A DNA stretch of 64,000 nt from Sphaerodactylus townsendi. Lineage: Eukaryota. The stretch lies in the NCBI RefSeq assembly GCF_021028975.2, contig NC_059432.1, positions 64,976,001 to 65,040,000 on the forward strand, written 5' to 3'. The position numbers and the translations under genes were made by a program. Under the pieces are notes generated by a model. That model worked only from the letters and a program-made list of their open reading frames with translations, ran no database searches and was not told where the DNA came from. Positions 53,646 to 64,000 of this stretch are shown here, one piece after another (within the stretch, counting starts at the first letter, position 1; every line of letters starts with the position of its first letter).

Positions 53646-55245
53646 CAGAGGCGTAGCTACAATGGGGACATCCGGGGACAAGTGCCCCGGGCGCCACCTT
53701 GTGGTGGGCGCAAAAATTGCAGGTTCATTAGTGGCTTTTTCTATTTTTCAGGTTTTTTTCCATTTTTGCCCTGCAGGGGGCGCAGTTTTTAGGCTAGCAG
53801 CACCAAAATTTCAAACTATTGTCAGGTGACTCTCCTGATGATACCAGCCAAGTTTGCGTAAGTTTGTTCAGGGGTCTGTTGCTGGACCCCAAAATGGTGA
53901 CCCCATTACCCATTGTTTCCAAATGGGGAGCTACAATGGGGCTACCTTTGAGTGGTCCATAACTTTGGATCCCCCTGAATTAAACTTCACTAAACTCAGG
54001 TGGTATCATAAGGATAGTTCCTTGTTGATAACAATTCCAGGTTTGGTGTAGTTTGTTTCAGGGGGGTTCAGTTATGGACCCTCAAAATGGTAGCCCCATT
54101 TACTATTAGCTCCCATTGGAAACAATGGCATGGGTCACCCATTTTGGGGGGGTCCATAGCTTTGGATCCCCCCTGAATTAAACTTCACCAAACCTAGGTG
54201 GTATCATATGATAGTTCCTCAGCGATAATAATTTCCAGGTTTCCAGGAAGGTTGGTTCAGGGGTCCAGTTATGGACCCCCAAAAGGGTGCTCCATCCCCA
54301 TTGTTTCCAATGGGGTGCTAATGGTGTAGATGGGGTTACCCTTGAGGGTCCATAACTTTGGACCCCTGAACCAAACTCTTCACCAAACCCGGTATTAAAT
54401 CAGAGAGTCTTCTGAAGATAGCCTAAAAGTTTAGTACTGTTAGCTTAAACATTGCCCTGACAGGCACCCTTCACAATTTTCTCCTGAGAGTTCTCTTTAA
54501 ATCCACCTCCTTTGAATGGGATTTCTAAAGGGGAGAATCGGCTCCCTAGATTTTAAAAAAAAATTGAAAGTATTGTTGAAGGCTTTCAAAACCAGATTCA
54601 ATTGGTAGTTGTGAGTTTCCACAGGCTGTGTAGTCAGATAGATAGATCTTGTTCCTAACGGCTTTGCTCTGCATCTGTGGTTGCATCTTCAGAGGTGCAT
54701 CACAGAGAGAAGTCTGTTATAAGAGAAGGCTGCATTGTGTATAATAGACTTCTCTCAGACATAATCGGCTGGAAATACTCCAGCCAGATGCAGGTGAAAC
54801 ATTAGGAACAAGATACACGGCCACACAGCCCAGAAAACCCACAATAACCAACATTGAAAATGATGCTGTTTGGGGTGGGGAATCTACCCTGAAACAGTAT
54901 CACTTTCAATGTTGTTTAAACTAGGGAGCCCAGAGTATCCCCTTACAGGATTTCTGAAAGAGAATTGTTCTGTAGTTTGCCCGGCTAAAAGCGATGCTGT
55001 TTCAGGGTGGATTTCCGCTCAAAAAAAAATGGCATCCATTTCAATGTTGTTTAAACTAGGGAGCCCTGGGTGTGTTCAGATTTGTGTGTTGGCATGTCTC
55101 TATAAATGCGATGGTAACTTTGAGATGACCTGGTGCAAAAAATGTTGTTTGGTCGTGGTGGGGGAGGGATGCTGCCCAAATGGGGCGAAAAAAAAAAAAA
55201 ACTCAGATTTTGCCCCGGGCTCCATTTACTCTAGCTACACCCCTG
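53646..55245. mobile_element. Non-autonomous hAT (Tip100-like) transposon with internal ~180-bp repeats, AVPI1 intron 1
   Basis: TIRs CAGAGGCGTAGCTA...TAGCTACACCCCTG and a perfect 8-bp TSD GGACTGAC (53638-53645 and 55246-55253). Confidence 0.88.
54571..54850. mobile_element. Penelope-like palindromic insertion nested in the hAT element
   Basis: Same family as 842-1100, with inverted arms, flanked by an attgaaa-like duplicated target. Confidence 0.65.
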
Positions 55246-55729
55246 GGACTGACACATCTGCAGGCTGGCATCGTACCGGACTGCACCCTGGCAAGGCTTG
55301 GGTTCAGATCTCCACTCTGTCAAGAAACTTGCAGGGTGACTTTTGGGCCAGTCATTCTCTCTAGACTACTTAGCAAGGGAAGGGAGAGGTTAAAATCAGA
55401 TAACTCCTATGAACGCCGCTCCCTGAACAGCAATGGGAATGCCAGGTTCCGATACACGCTCTGCTGGAATGTTCACCGAGTGATATTGGATGAAAGTAGC
55501 TTAGCCTACCACACAGGGCTGGAGTCCTGACCTTGGAAGAAGGGCAGGATACCAACGTGACACATGCCCCTGGGGGAGAGTTAAATTACCTGCTTCTGAA
55601 TGAACCAGTATGTTATAGACCCCCATCGCCCCGCTAGCTATCTGGGTCCGCAACCCTTTACCATTAGGACAGAGGCAGATCTGAGCAGAGCGGCTGCCCA
55701 GCCTCCGGAGGACTCCGGCGCTCACATAC

Positions 55730-56110
55730 CTGGCAACGGCTGCTGCGCTTCAACCCGAGGCTCACCCGAAGAGTCCTTGAGCCCCGCCACGGTGGGCTCC
55801 TTTAAGCTCTCCTACGGGCCTCTTCCCAAGCCGACCCCCGTCGTTCGCAGACTCTTACAGAGATAACTCCCCTTCCGCTATTAAGCAGAGCCGACAACAC
55901 AGGCTCCAGCCAATCAGCTTCTCCCGCTCCTCGGTTCCTGCCTTCTGAACCGCAACTCCCAAGACAACGGACTACCCAATCATGTGAAGGGAGGGCGGGA
56001 CTCCAACGCCCCATGTGCGAACGCGTGGCAGGCTGTGTTATTGACGTCAGAGAAGGGTTAGCCTCGGGGGAGAAGTAGGGGCGGGGATTTGGCGTTGGGT
56101 TTCCGCCTTT
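55730..56110 (-). promoter_or_regulatory. AVPI1 non-coding exon 1 and CpG promoter
   Basis: Minus-strand donor CAG|GTATGT at 55730/55729, CpG island, CCAAT boxes (~55910 and ~55976), full CRE TGACGTCA at 56042-56049, GC box ~56078. Confidence 0.7.
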
Positions 56111-56734
56111 GTCTAGGCGCGAAGGAGGGGGGGTCACGCGTAAATTCCGCGTAGAGTCACTCGGTGGTCTCGCTTTGTTGCGAAGGGGGGGGGGGTTCCC
56201 GGTGTGTTTTTTCAGGCCAGTGCTTCAGTGTAAGGAAGTGGGGGGGGGATTGTTTTCCCTTCTTTTTCTCGGCCCCCACTTTCTTGTTTGTCTCTTCTGC
56301 ATACTTACTCGATAATAATAGATGTCGAAGCCTGCCTTTGGATTTTCTAATGGCAGGCACCGGCAAGTACTTCCTCTGCTTAGGTTCACTGGCGTATAGG
56401 CGGAGTATGGTCCTCCCCCAGCAGCTGGATTACTGCCAGCGTTTTGGAGAGTGAGGTCTGCTGCTAGCGAGAAGACCCACTATTAGCCTGGCCCCATGCC
56501 TCGCTTTTCAGACTCGGTTAGCACCCGCCCGAGGTCTTTATATTAGCTCATCAAATGATGCACGCTCTAAGGGGTCACCATTGCACAAATGCAAAGGGGC
56601 TATCTTCGAGGAAGTCTGGGCTCTCTGGTCAGCTCCTGAGCAACAGGAAGCCAAAAGTCGGTTGGAACACTCTGGCATAAATTCCTGCTGTTTCGTTCTC
56701 TGAGAAAAGCAAGCACACAAAATTTGCCTGGATT

Positions 56735-57848
56735 CAGGGACGTAGGTATAGATTTTTAATGGGGTGGGTTTGGGGGGGGTGGGGCCACGCTTCCACAAGC
56801 CCCGCCCCTGGCCTAAGTGCTTATAAAAGCAGAGGCCAAGGACAGCAGACTCCCCTGCTCTGCCCCCCACCCCAGGCTCCTAGCCAGCAGCTGGCAGTCC
56901 CTTCTGCCTTCCCCTCCAGGCAGAGGTGTAGCTGGGGAAATGGAGTCCAGTGCAAAATCTGAGTTTTGCACACACCCTCAATAGGCAGCTGCTGTGATGA
57001 TGGAATCCACCCCCAAACAGCATCATTTTCAATGGTGTTTAAACTAGGGAGCCCAGATTCTCCTTTTACATCCACCTTAAAGGGAGAATCTGGGATCTTC
57101 ACTTAAAACAACACTGAAAGTGATGCTGTTTGGGTGTGGATTATCCCCCACTCTAAAATAGCATCACTTTCAATGTTTAAACTGGGGACTTCAGGTTCTC
57201 CCTTTAAATCCATGCTGAAGGGGGTGGATTTAAAAGGAGAATCTGGGGAAATTTGGGAGGTACCTGCTGTCAGGGGTGCAATTGTTAAGCTAGCAGCACC
57301 AAACTTTCAGGGTACCTTTAGGAGACTCTCCTGATGATACCACCCATGTTTTGTGAAGTTTGTTTCGGGGTCCAAAGTTAGGGGCCCTCAAAGGTGTGGC
57401 CCCCATCTCCTATTAGCTCCCATTGGAAACAATGGGGGATGGGGCACCCCCTTTGGGAGTCCATAACTTTGGACCCCCTGAACCAAACCTCACCAAACCC
57501 GGGTGGTATCATCAGGAGAGTCTCCCAAAGCATCCCTGAAATTTTAGGTTGTTATGCAGCAAGTTTGAATTATGGGTTTTCTTCAGGATAAATTAGAATT
57601 CATAATTCCCATCAGTTTACCGCATGGCCAATTGGCCATGCTGGTAGGGGCTGATGGGAATTGTAGTTCCTGAACATCTGGAGAGCCACAGGTTCCCTAC
57701 CCCTGGGCTAGCCTAAAAACTGCACCCCCTGCAGGCCAAAAACAAAGAAACCACTTAAAAATACAAAAAACCTACAAACGGGGGGCAGAGCTTCGGACAT
57801 GTAATGGGGGGTTAAAGCCGGGACTCCCCCCCCAACCCTACGTCCTTG
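56735..57848. mobile_element. Non-autonomous hAT transposon sharing its internal module with 53646-55245 in opposite orientation
   Basis: TIRs CAGGGACGTAGG...CCTACGTCCTTG and a perfect 8-bp TSD CCTGGATT (56727-56734 and 57849-57856). Contains a nested hAT-MITE end (...gagccacaggttccctacccctg, ~57705). Confidence 0.85.
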
Positions 57849-58682
57849 CCTGGATTCGTCCCTTGATGTTCCAGAAGATCCGGAGGGAGGCATAATTTGG
57901 TATTGCAGAAAGTAAAGTGTGGTGCCTTTTATTTTAATGTAATTTGTGTTCAGAGAAAGAAAGACACAGCCCCACGGAAAATCCCAGAACTTGCTCCATA
58001 GTACTGAGCCAATTACAAGCAACTCAACCTGTTTTCACTACCAGAGTTTAAGAGGAAGGGTTCTGATGGGAGGAAATTCTCTTCCCAGTGGCTTATCCTC
58101 CACAGTTCCTTCTCTGGAGATCCAGCCATGTGTAGTCTGTTGTTTCCTCTTTCCCAATCTAATCTGAGAATCTGCAGTGACATCACACTGTGACTTAAGT
58201 GCATGACTGAAGTGTAACAATTATGACAAAATGAGGGTTGCCAACAACCAGGTGGGGCCTGGAAATCTTCCAGAATTTCATCCAATCTACAGAGATCAGT
58301 TCCCCTGGAGAAACCATCTCCTTTGGAGAGTGGAATCATAACCCCACTGAGATCCCTTTCTTCTCCAAACCCTCCCTTCCCCAGGCCCTGACCACAAATA
58401 TCGCGGAATTTCCCAGCCCAGAGTTGCCAAGCCCAAATATAATGCTACTAACCATTGGCTTCCATCACCTCCGCCCTCTCCTCCGTCACCTTATCTGCAC
58501 TCATCTTTCTCTAATATACCCATTTCAAAGCTGCATCTTTGAAATATAAACTAATCTGTATCTTGTTTTGCTGTGCAGCTTTATACATGTAATTATCAGT
58601 TGAAAACTTCAACTTTGGGATCAGGGCTTGAATTGCTGAGTGAACGGAGCAGAGGCTGGTAACATACTGAAAGGGTTTAGTA

Positions 58683-58913
58683 CCGTGTTTCCCCAAAAAT
58701 AAGACAGTGTCTTATATTAATTTTTGCTCCCAAAGATGCGCTATGTCTTATTTTCAGGGGATGTCTTATTTTTCTGTGTTCTGTTCGTCGGGCATGCTTC
58801 CAAACAAAAACTTTGTTACATCTTACTTTCGGAGGATGCCTTATATTTCGCACTTTAGCAAAACCTCTACTATGTCTTATTTTCAGGGGATGTCTTATAT
58901 TCGGGGAAACAGG
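58683..58913. mobile_element. Tc1/mariner (Tc2/pogo-like) MITE
   Basis: TIRs CCGTGTTTCCCCAAAAATAAGAC...GTCTTATATTCGGGGAAACAGG, TA on the left flank, internal repeats of tatgtcttattttcaggggatgtctta. Confidence 0.8.
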
Positions 58914-58989
58914 GATGTGGCTCAGAGAAGTTGGTTTAGAGGCTGCTTTTGGACGTCGTAAGGAAGTGCTGAAGATGAATTTAAATGTG

Positions 58990-61395
58990 TGTGATGGAAT
59001 GATACTGTAAAACTAGCAAAATCACACATGACTGTGAAAAGCATCTTTGCCTTTTGATCTCCTGGAGGAAGGACAGGAAACTATGCAGAGGTGCTAGCAT
59101 GAAACTTCAAAGGTTTTGGAAACCTCATGGCGAGCGGGAAAAGTTTTCTTGGAGAGTGAGGGAACAAAGCCAGGGGTGACTCTATCAGCTGGCTAAGCAG
59201 AGAAGCACCTCTTGGCTAGAGGTCCCAAGAGATCCACAAGAAGCATACAGCTGGTCAATTTCTCTAAAAGCATTTATGTTTATTTCTTTGTTTTGAACTT
59301 CTTTACAATAAATCTTTGGAGAGAAATCAGCTGTCTGGAGTTACTAGGAGGAAAAGGACCCAGGACCGGAGGTGAGATAAGAGTGGCTCTCCCGAGCTCA
59401 TCTCAGCCTCAGTCATTAGCATGGTGGCAGCTGTGTGGGATCTCCGGGATACTCCAGAGAGTAAACACCTTCGCGGATTTGCTGCAGGTTTGCTTTCGTG
59501 ATTCCAGTGTGAGAATTTTGGGAAGAGAAGGCTGCAGGTTGAGATGGTAACCAGAGAGTCTGATGCCATGGTATGAGTGCTTTGGGAGAAGATGCACAGG
59601 ATCCTGCAGGAGAAGTCAAGGGGCCAGGGTCTGTGGTCTTGAGCGGGCTTCAGGCTCTGCTGCATTGGCAGGAGTCTAAGAAGCTTTATGTACCCATGTG
59701 GGCTATGTGGAATCTTTGACAGCACAGCAGAGAAAACAACTCCAAAATCAAGCTGGAGGATCAAAGTCTCAAGGGAGGGTGAAACAAAAGCTTCTCTAGG
59801 GTGGGGAGACTGTTCCATTCAGATGCAAGCGAGAGAAGCTCCAGAATGAAATCCTCTTCGAAGCTACAGCATCCCTTTCTTCAGAAAAGGGGAGAGCAAC
59901 GCCAGAGGGAACAGAAGACACTTTGAAACGGCTTGAAGTCACCCAGAACGAAGCCCATAGCGGGTCATCCAGCACCAGAAGGTTGGTGGAAGGAGATCAA
60001 ATCTCCAGGAACAGGAACTTCGGATGACAGCATGAGAAGTGGACAGATGAACATTTCATCTTGAAGTTGGTGTAAGACAATTGATGTTGTTTGGAATTAC
60101 ATGTAAGTTTTAATCAGTTTAATGGGAAAAAATTCATGTTTTGACCCATGAGAAAGGTGTAGAAATGCACAAATGAGTGTTTCCACTAGGCCCCAAGAAA
60201 ATGCTGATTTGGAAGGTGGAGGATGAAAAGTTGTGTGAGAAGGTGGATTTTCCATAAGCAGGATATTAAACTGTAATTAATGATCAGTCAAAGCAGTCTA
60301 TATTGACGTATATAGATCCTGTAACTAAGTTAAGAGCAGCAGCATTCTCCTAAGTTAAGGGGATGGAGAGGGAATTCCTTGAATGCAAACTTTGAGGATG
60401 GAAACGTTTGGCCTTGATATGCAAGTGCTAGCTATATCACACCAGAGCAGCAGGCTCATGGCAGAAATGTTGGAAAGGAAAAAAGGTATGGTTCTCGCAG
60501 CAAGCCAGGTTACACTGACTTGATTTCACACTACATTGATAAGGGCGGAATTTGCCTATTGAAGATGTCCTACACAATGATGTTGCATCATGCAGTAACC
60601 AGGAAGAGAAATTCCAAAGGAGAGATACCACGTGTTTTCTCTCCAGAGTAAAGAAGGTATCAGACCATGGTTGAAAGTGAGCATGAGTCTTGTAGTTCAA
60701 TGCTGCTCAAGAGTATTGTACTGCTTATTATTAGTCTGAAAGTCCATTAGTCTGAAATCAGGTTTCTGTGCTAACATGATTTTCTTTCATTCTGTATTGT
60801 TATGCTATCATAAGGACCATGCTATGCATAAAAAGGAATTCAGAAGTTAGCAGATCTCTGTATTAGAGATGACTGATGTGGGAAGTAACATGTAATCTTT
60901 TCTATATGGATAGATGAAATATGTAGCCACAGACCAGATTCTCCAAAGCAGGATGGAATGGGATAATGTAAACTAGGCAAAATCACACACATGACTGTGA
61001 AAAAGCATCTTCTTGCCTTTGGATCTCCTGGAGGAAGGGACAGGAACTATGCAGAGGTGCTAGCATGAAACCTTCAAAGGTTTTGAAACCCCTAAGGAAG
61101 AAATGGAAAAGTTTTCTTGAGAGTGAGAGGGAACAAAGCCTAGGTGACTCCTATCATGGGCTGTTAAGAGAAGCACCTCTGGCTAGGAGGTCCCAAGAGA
61201 TCCTCCGACAAGAAGCATACAGCTGGTCAATTCCTCTAAAAGCATTTATGTTTATTTCTTTGTTTTGAACTTTTGCAATAAATCTTTGAGAAATCCTCAG
61301 CTGGTCTGAAAGCTATTAGGAGGAAGTGGACTCCAGGACTGAGGTGAGATAAGTGGGTTTCCCAAGCTTAATCTCAGCCCTGGGGCCTGCCATAA
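58990..61395 (+). mobile_element. Internally deleted LTR retroelement with tRNA-Leu PBS (Gypsy-like or ERV)
   Basis: ~430-bp direct repeats (58990-59421 and ~60952-61395), each with AATAAA. PBS TGGTGGCAGCtGTG.GGGAT at 59422-59441 (tRNA-Leu complement TGGTGGCAGCGGTGGGAT). TSD (A)TGTG at 58985-58989 and 61395-61399. Confidence 0.8.
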
Positions 61396-62068
61396 TGTGT
61401 AAGCAACTGTTAAAGAAAAAGCAGACTTATTGGGTGTCTGTCATGTTTTATGTTAAGTCAAAAATGTAAGGGGAAAAATGGCTTGTTTCAAACTCTCCTA
61501 CACATCTCTTTAGAATGTGCTACTTAGAATTGTGATAGCCAGGCCACACTATTGGGAGGATTCAGGTAGTTGACTGGGGTTAGAAATTCCAGAGCAGTAT
61601 GTGCAGGGTTTGCTGAGCAGGACCATATCTGGGCCTCTTTCCATACACCAGGGTGGGGCAGGACTCTGTGCCTTCAGGCCAATTTTTCTGTGTAGGCAGA
61701 GCTCAAGAGGCAGACTAGCTGCTAATGGTGACGGCACAGAAAAAACATTAGTGCCAAAGAAGCCATCTTTAGGGGATATTTTGAGAGCATAAAATCTCAG
61801 CTGGGACTGCAGGGGCGTGGAAGAGGGATGGAACCAGTTATTAGCTAAAAGAGGGAGAGAGAGAATGAGAGAGCCACCCAGAACAGAGGAGGGGCCTGGG
61901 GGACAGGGAGGGAATGAGGCGGGAAGCTGAGAGGCCCCAGTATAGGAAAGACCGTTACGCTGCAGATGTTTGGCAGCTACTGGCAAAGGAAGTGTCTGAG
62001 AAGGAGGGAGTGAGACTGCTGGGCTGCTGAAAGGATTGGAGGCCTGACTTGTGCTCTCTGTAGACAGT

Positions 62069-62596
62069 ATGCCTCTTCCACCACCCCCTTCCTCTCCTCC
62101 ACCACCTTATCCACACTCCAGAGAACCTTTGAGCCTGAATTGGCCTTTCCTGCGAAGTCTGTTGGGAGTTTTGCGCATATCGCAGCTGGTGGCTGGTGCT
62201 GTTTGCTGGATTACTTTAGCAGCACACAAGTATGAAGGGGCAACTTACTTTGCTGTCTTTGCTGCAGTCCTTGTGTGGCTGCTCACCTTGGCAATCTTTG
62301 GGCTGAGCTTATTGGGCCGCTGGGCTTTAGTGCCAGGGCTGGGGAAGCGCTGGCTCATCACAAACATAGTGCACGATCTGCTGTTCGGGGTCATTCTCTT
62401 CTCTGCTGCCTCAGGCATCATGGTCCATAAAGCGCAGGATGCCAGCTACTGCAACCTGAGTGCCTACCAGTTTCCATGCAATTACAGTGCCTACCTGAGT
62501 GCTGCCGTCTTTGCAGGCATTTCTGCCATCTTTTACCTGCTTTCAGGACTCTACTGTCTGGTACGCCGTTCCCGGGGGCACCATGACATCATCTGA
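62069..62596 (+). CDS. MARVELD1: MARVEL domain-containing protein 1 (single coding exon, 175 aa)
   Basis: FLRSLLGVLRISQLVAGA MARVEL start, four hydrophobic segments, RWLITNIVHDL motif, Pro-rich N-terminus; syntenic next to AVPI1. Confidence 0.92.
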   Translation: MPLPPPPSSPPPPYPHSREPLSLNWPFLRSLLGVLRISQLVAGAVCWITLAAHKYEGATYFAVFAAVLVWLLTLAIFGLSLLGRWALVPGLGKRWLITNIVHDLLFGVILFSAASGIMVHKAQDASYCNLSAYQFPCNYSAYLSAAVFAGISAIFYLLSGLYCLVRRSRGHHDII

Positions 62597-64000
62597 GAGA
62601 TACAAGAAGATAGATCAGTAGATATGGATAGACACTCTTCTTCAAACAGATGGACAAGCCTCATTCACATATCATCCTCACAGTCAGATTGATCCTAGCT
62701 CCTGACATGCCAAGTTGTCTTCCTGATGGAGAGAGAAGACATCAATAGACTTTCCTTGATGGCAAGACAAGAATCAATAGATTTTCCCTACTGAGAATCT
62801 GGCACCTTAACCAGCAAATGGATGTAGACTTTTGTGACGCTGAACTGGTATGTCCTTTAGATGAAACCTGGGAGACAGATTGTGAGTCCTTCTTCTTTCT
62901 CTTCCTTCTTCATGTGGCAAGAGGGTCTTTCTGGGTTTGGGAGGACATTGTATGGCCTGGCTTGTGATGAGAGTGAGTGCCACAGGGAGTCCTGGAAACT
63001 CATGATCAACATGAATTTTAGTTTTTACAAGAGCAATTTTACCTCAGTATATAGTCCTTGCCAAGGCGTGTATACTTATGCCTTTCATATAAGATCCCAC
63101 TTTCATATGGAAATTAATTCAGTGGATTAATTGAACAATTGAATAATAATCTGGTTTTGTCCTCTGATTATTATTTTATAGCAAAATAGAATTTAGATAT
63201 CACCCTCAAAAGCTTCTATGACAAGTTTTGTTTGCCCTGTGCCGTTTTGGTTCTGTTTTTATTCATATATTTATAAGTAATGGCTTTTCGAATAACTTCA
63301 GTATTTTGGGCAGGATCTCGGTGTATGTACTGTAGCCATTCTACTATAGCATCACACTTTCCAGAGTTTGTACTCTCTAACATGTCATTGTAACCCACCT
63401 GCCTCTTAGATATGAGAAAAATGCATTTTCTGTACATTCAGACATGTCTTCTTTTTATTATTATCATTATATCATACTTCCCAAAGATGACACCAGAAAG
63501 AGGTTCTTGGGCTGAGTGCTGGTAAACATTCCCTCAAATTAAGCTCTCCTTCTGATCTTGGACCATAACTGTTGTTTTCATTTTTCCCTGGACCAGTTCA
63601 TACATCATTTCCACAAAACCTCAGGGGCCATTGCTTCATGGAAAAGGAAGCCAACTCACAGGCTAATCAGTCATGTATAATAGGGAACATTTGGAGTCTT
63701 CTGCTAAATGTTGGGGGAGGGGGTTGATAGTGGGGCCATGCAGGAAAAAGGCCCCCTGTGGCAGGGAAGGAAGTGCTGGTCATCAGTTGAGGCAAGGATT
63801 AAATGAAGACCAGGACTCCCCCTCTGCCCAACAAGCTGGCTGAGATAACGTCTCTATTGGAGAGGGGATTGAGACCTGATTAATCCTTGACTCCTGAAAC
63901 TACAAAGATTAGATTCCCATAAAAAGACCCCTTTCTAATGAGGTAGAATCACATTCCAGATTTGAGTACTAGTGCAGTTGTAGGAGTTAAATGTTGGTCC

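Noticed and set aside
53850-54420. Regularly spaced ~180-bp repeats resembling an array
   Set aside because: Internal repeats of a TIR/TSD-bounded hAT element in a vertebrate; not CRISPR, no unique spacers.

Overview
Vertebrate genomic DNA. The repeat content (5S/Sauria-type SINEs, a tRNA/L2-tail SINE, Penelope palindromes) points to a squamate, probably a gecko; the species is an inference. The window holds the conserved syntenic block HOGA1(+), MORN4(-), PI4K2A(+), AVPI1(-), MARVELD1(+), and exon structures could be reconstructed for all five genes. The main discovery is a 5.9-kb endogenous retrovirus (35811-41755) in sense orientation in PI4K2A intron 4. It has TGTAGT..ACTACA LTR ends, a perfect 6-bp TSD (GTGGAC), a tRNA-Phe PBS and a PPT. 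Its gag, dUTPase, protease and integrase remnants are betaretrovirus-like, but its env is of the avian-leukosis-virus (alpharetrovirus) type, and the RT core is apparently missing. Directly after it, PI4K2A exons 5-9 appear twice (~3.9 kb). The second copy begins with the sequence expected of the empty pre-integration site, which suggests a young, heterozygous insertion whose two haplotypes were concatenated in the assembly. Other features: a 2.4-kb non-autonomous LTR element with a tRNA-Leu PBS, several hAT, Harbinger and TcMar MITEs with TSDs, Penelope-derived palindromes carrying hammerhead-ribozyme cores, and an AVPI1 ORF that begins at GTG. All protein similarities were recognised by eye from remembered family motifs, not by database search.
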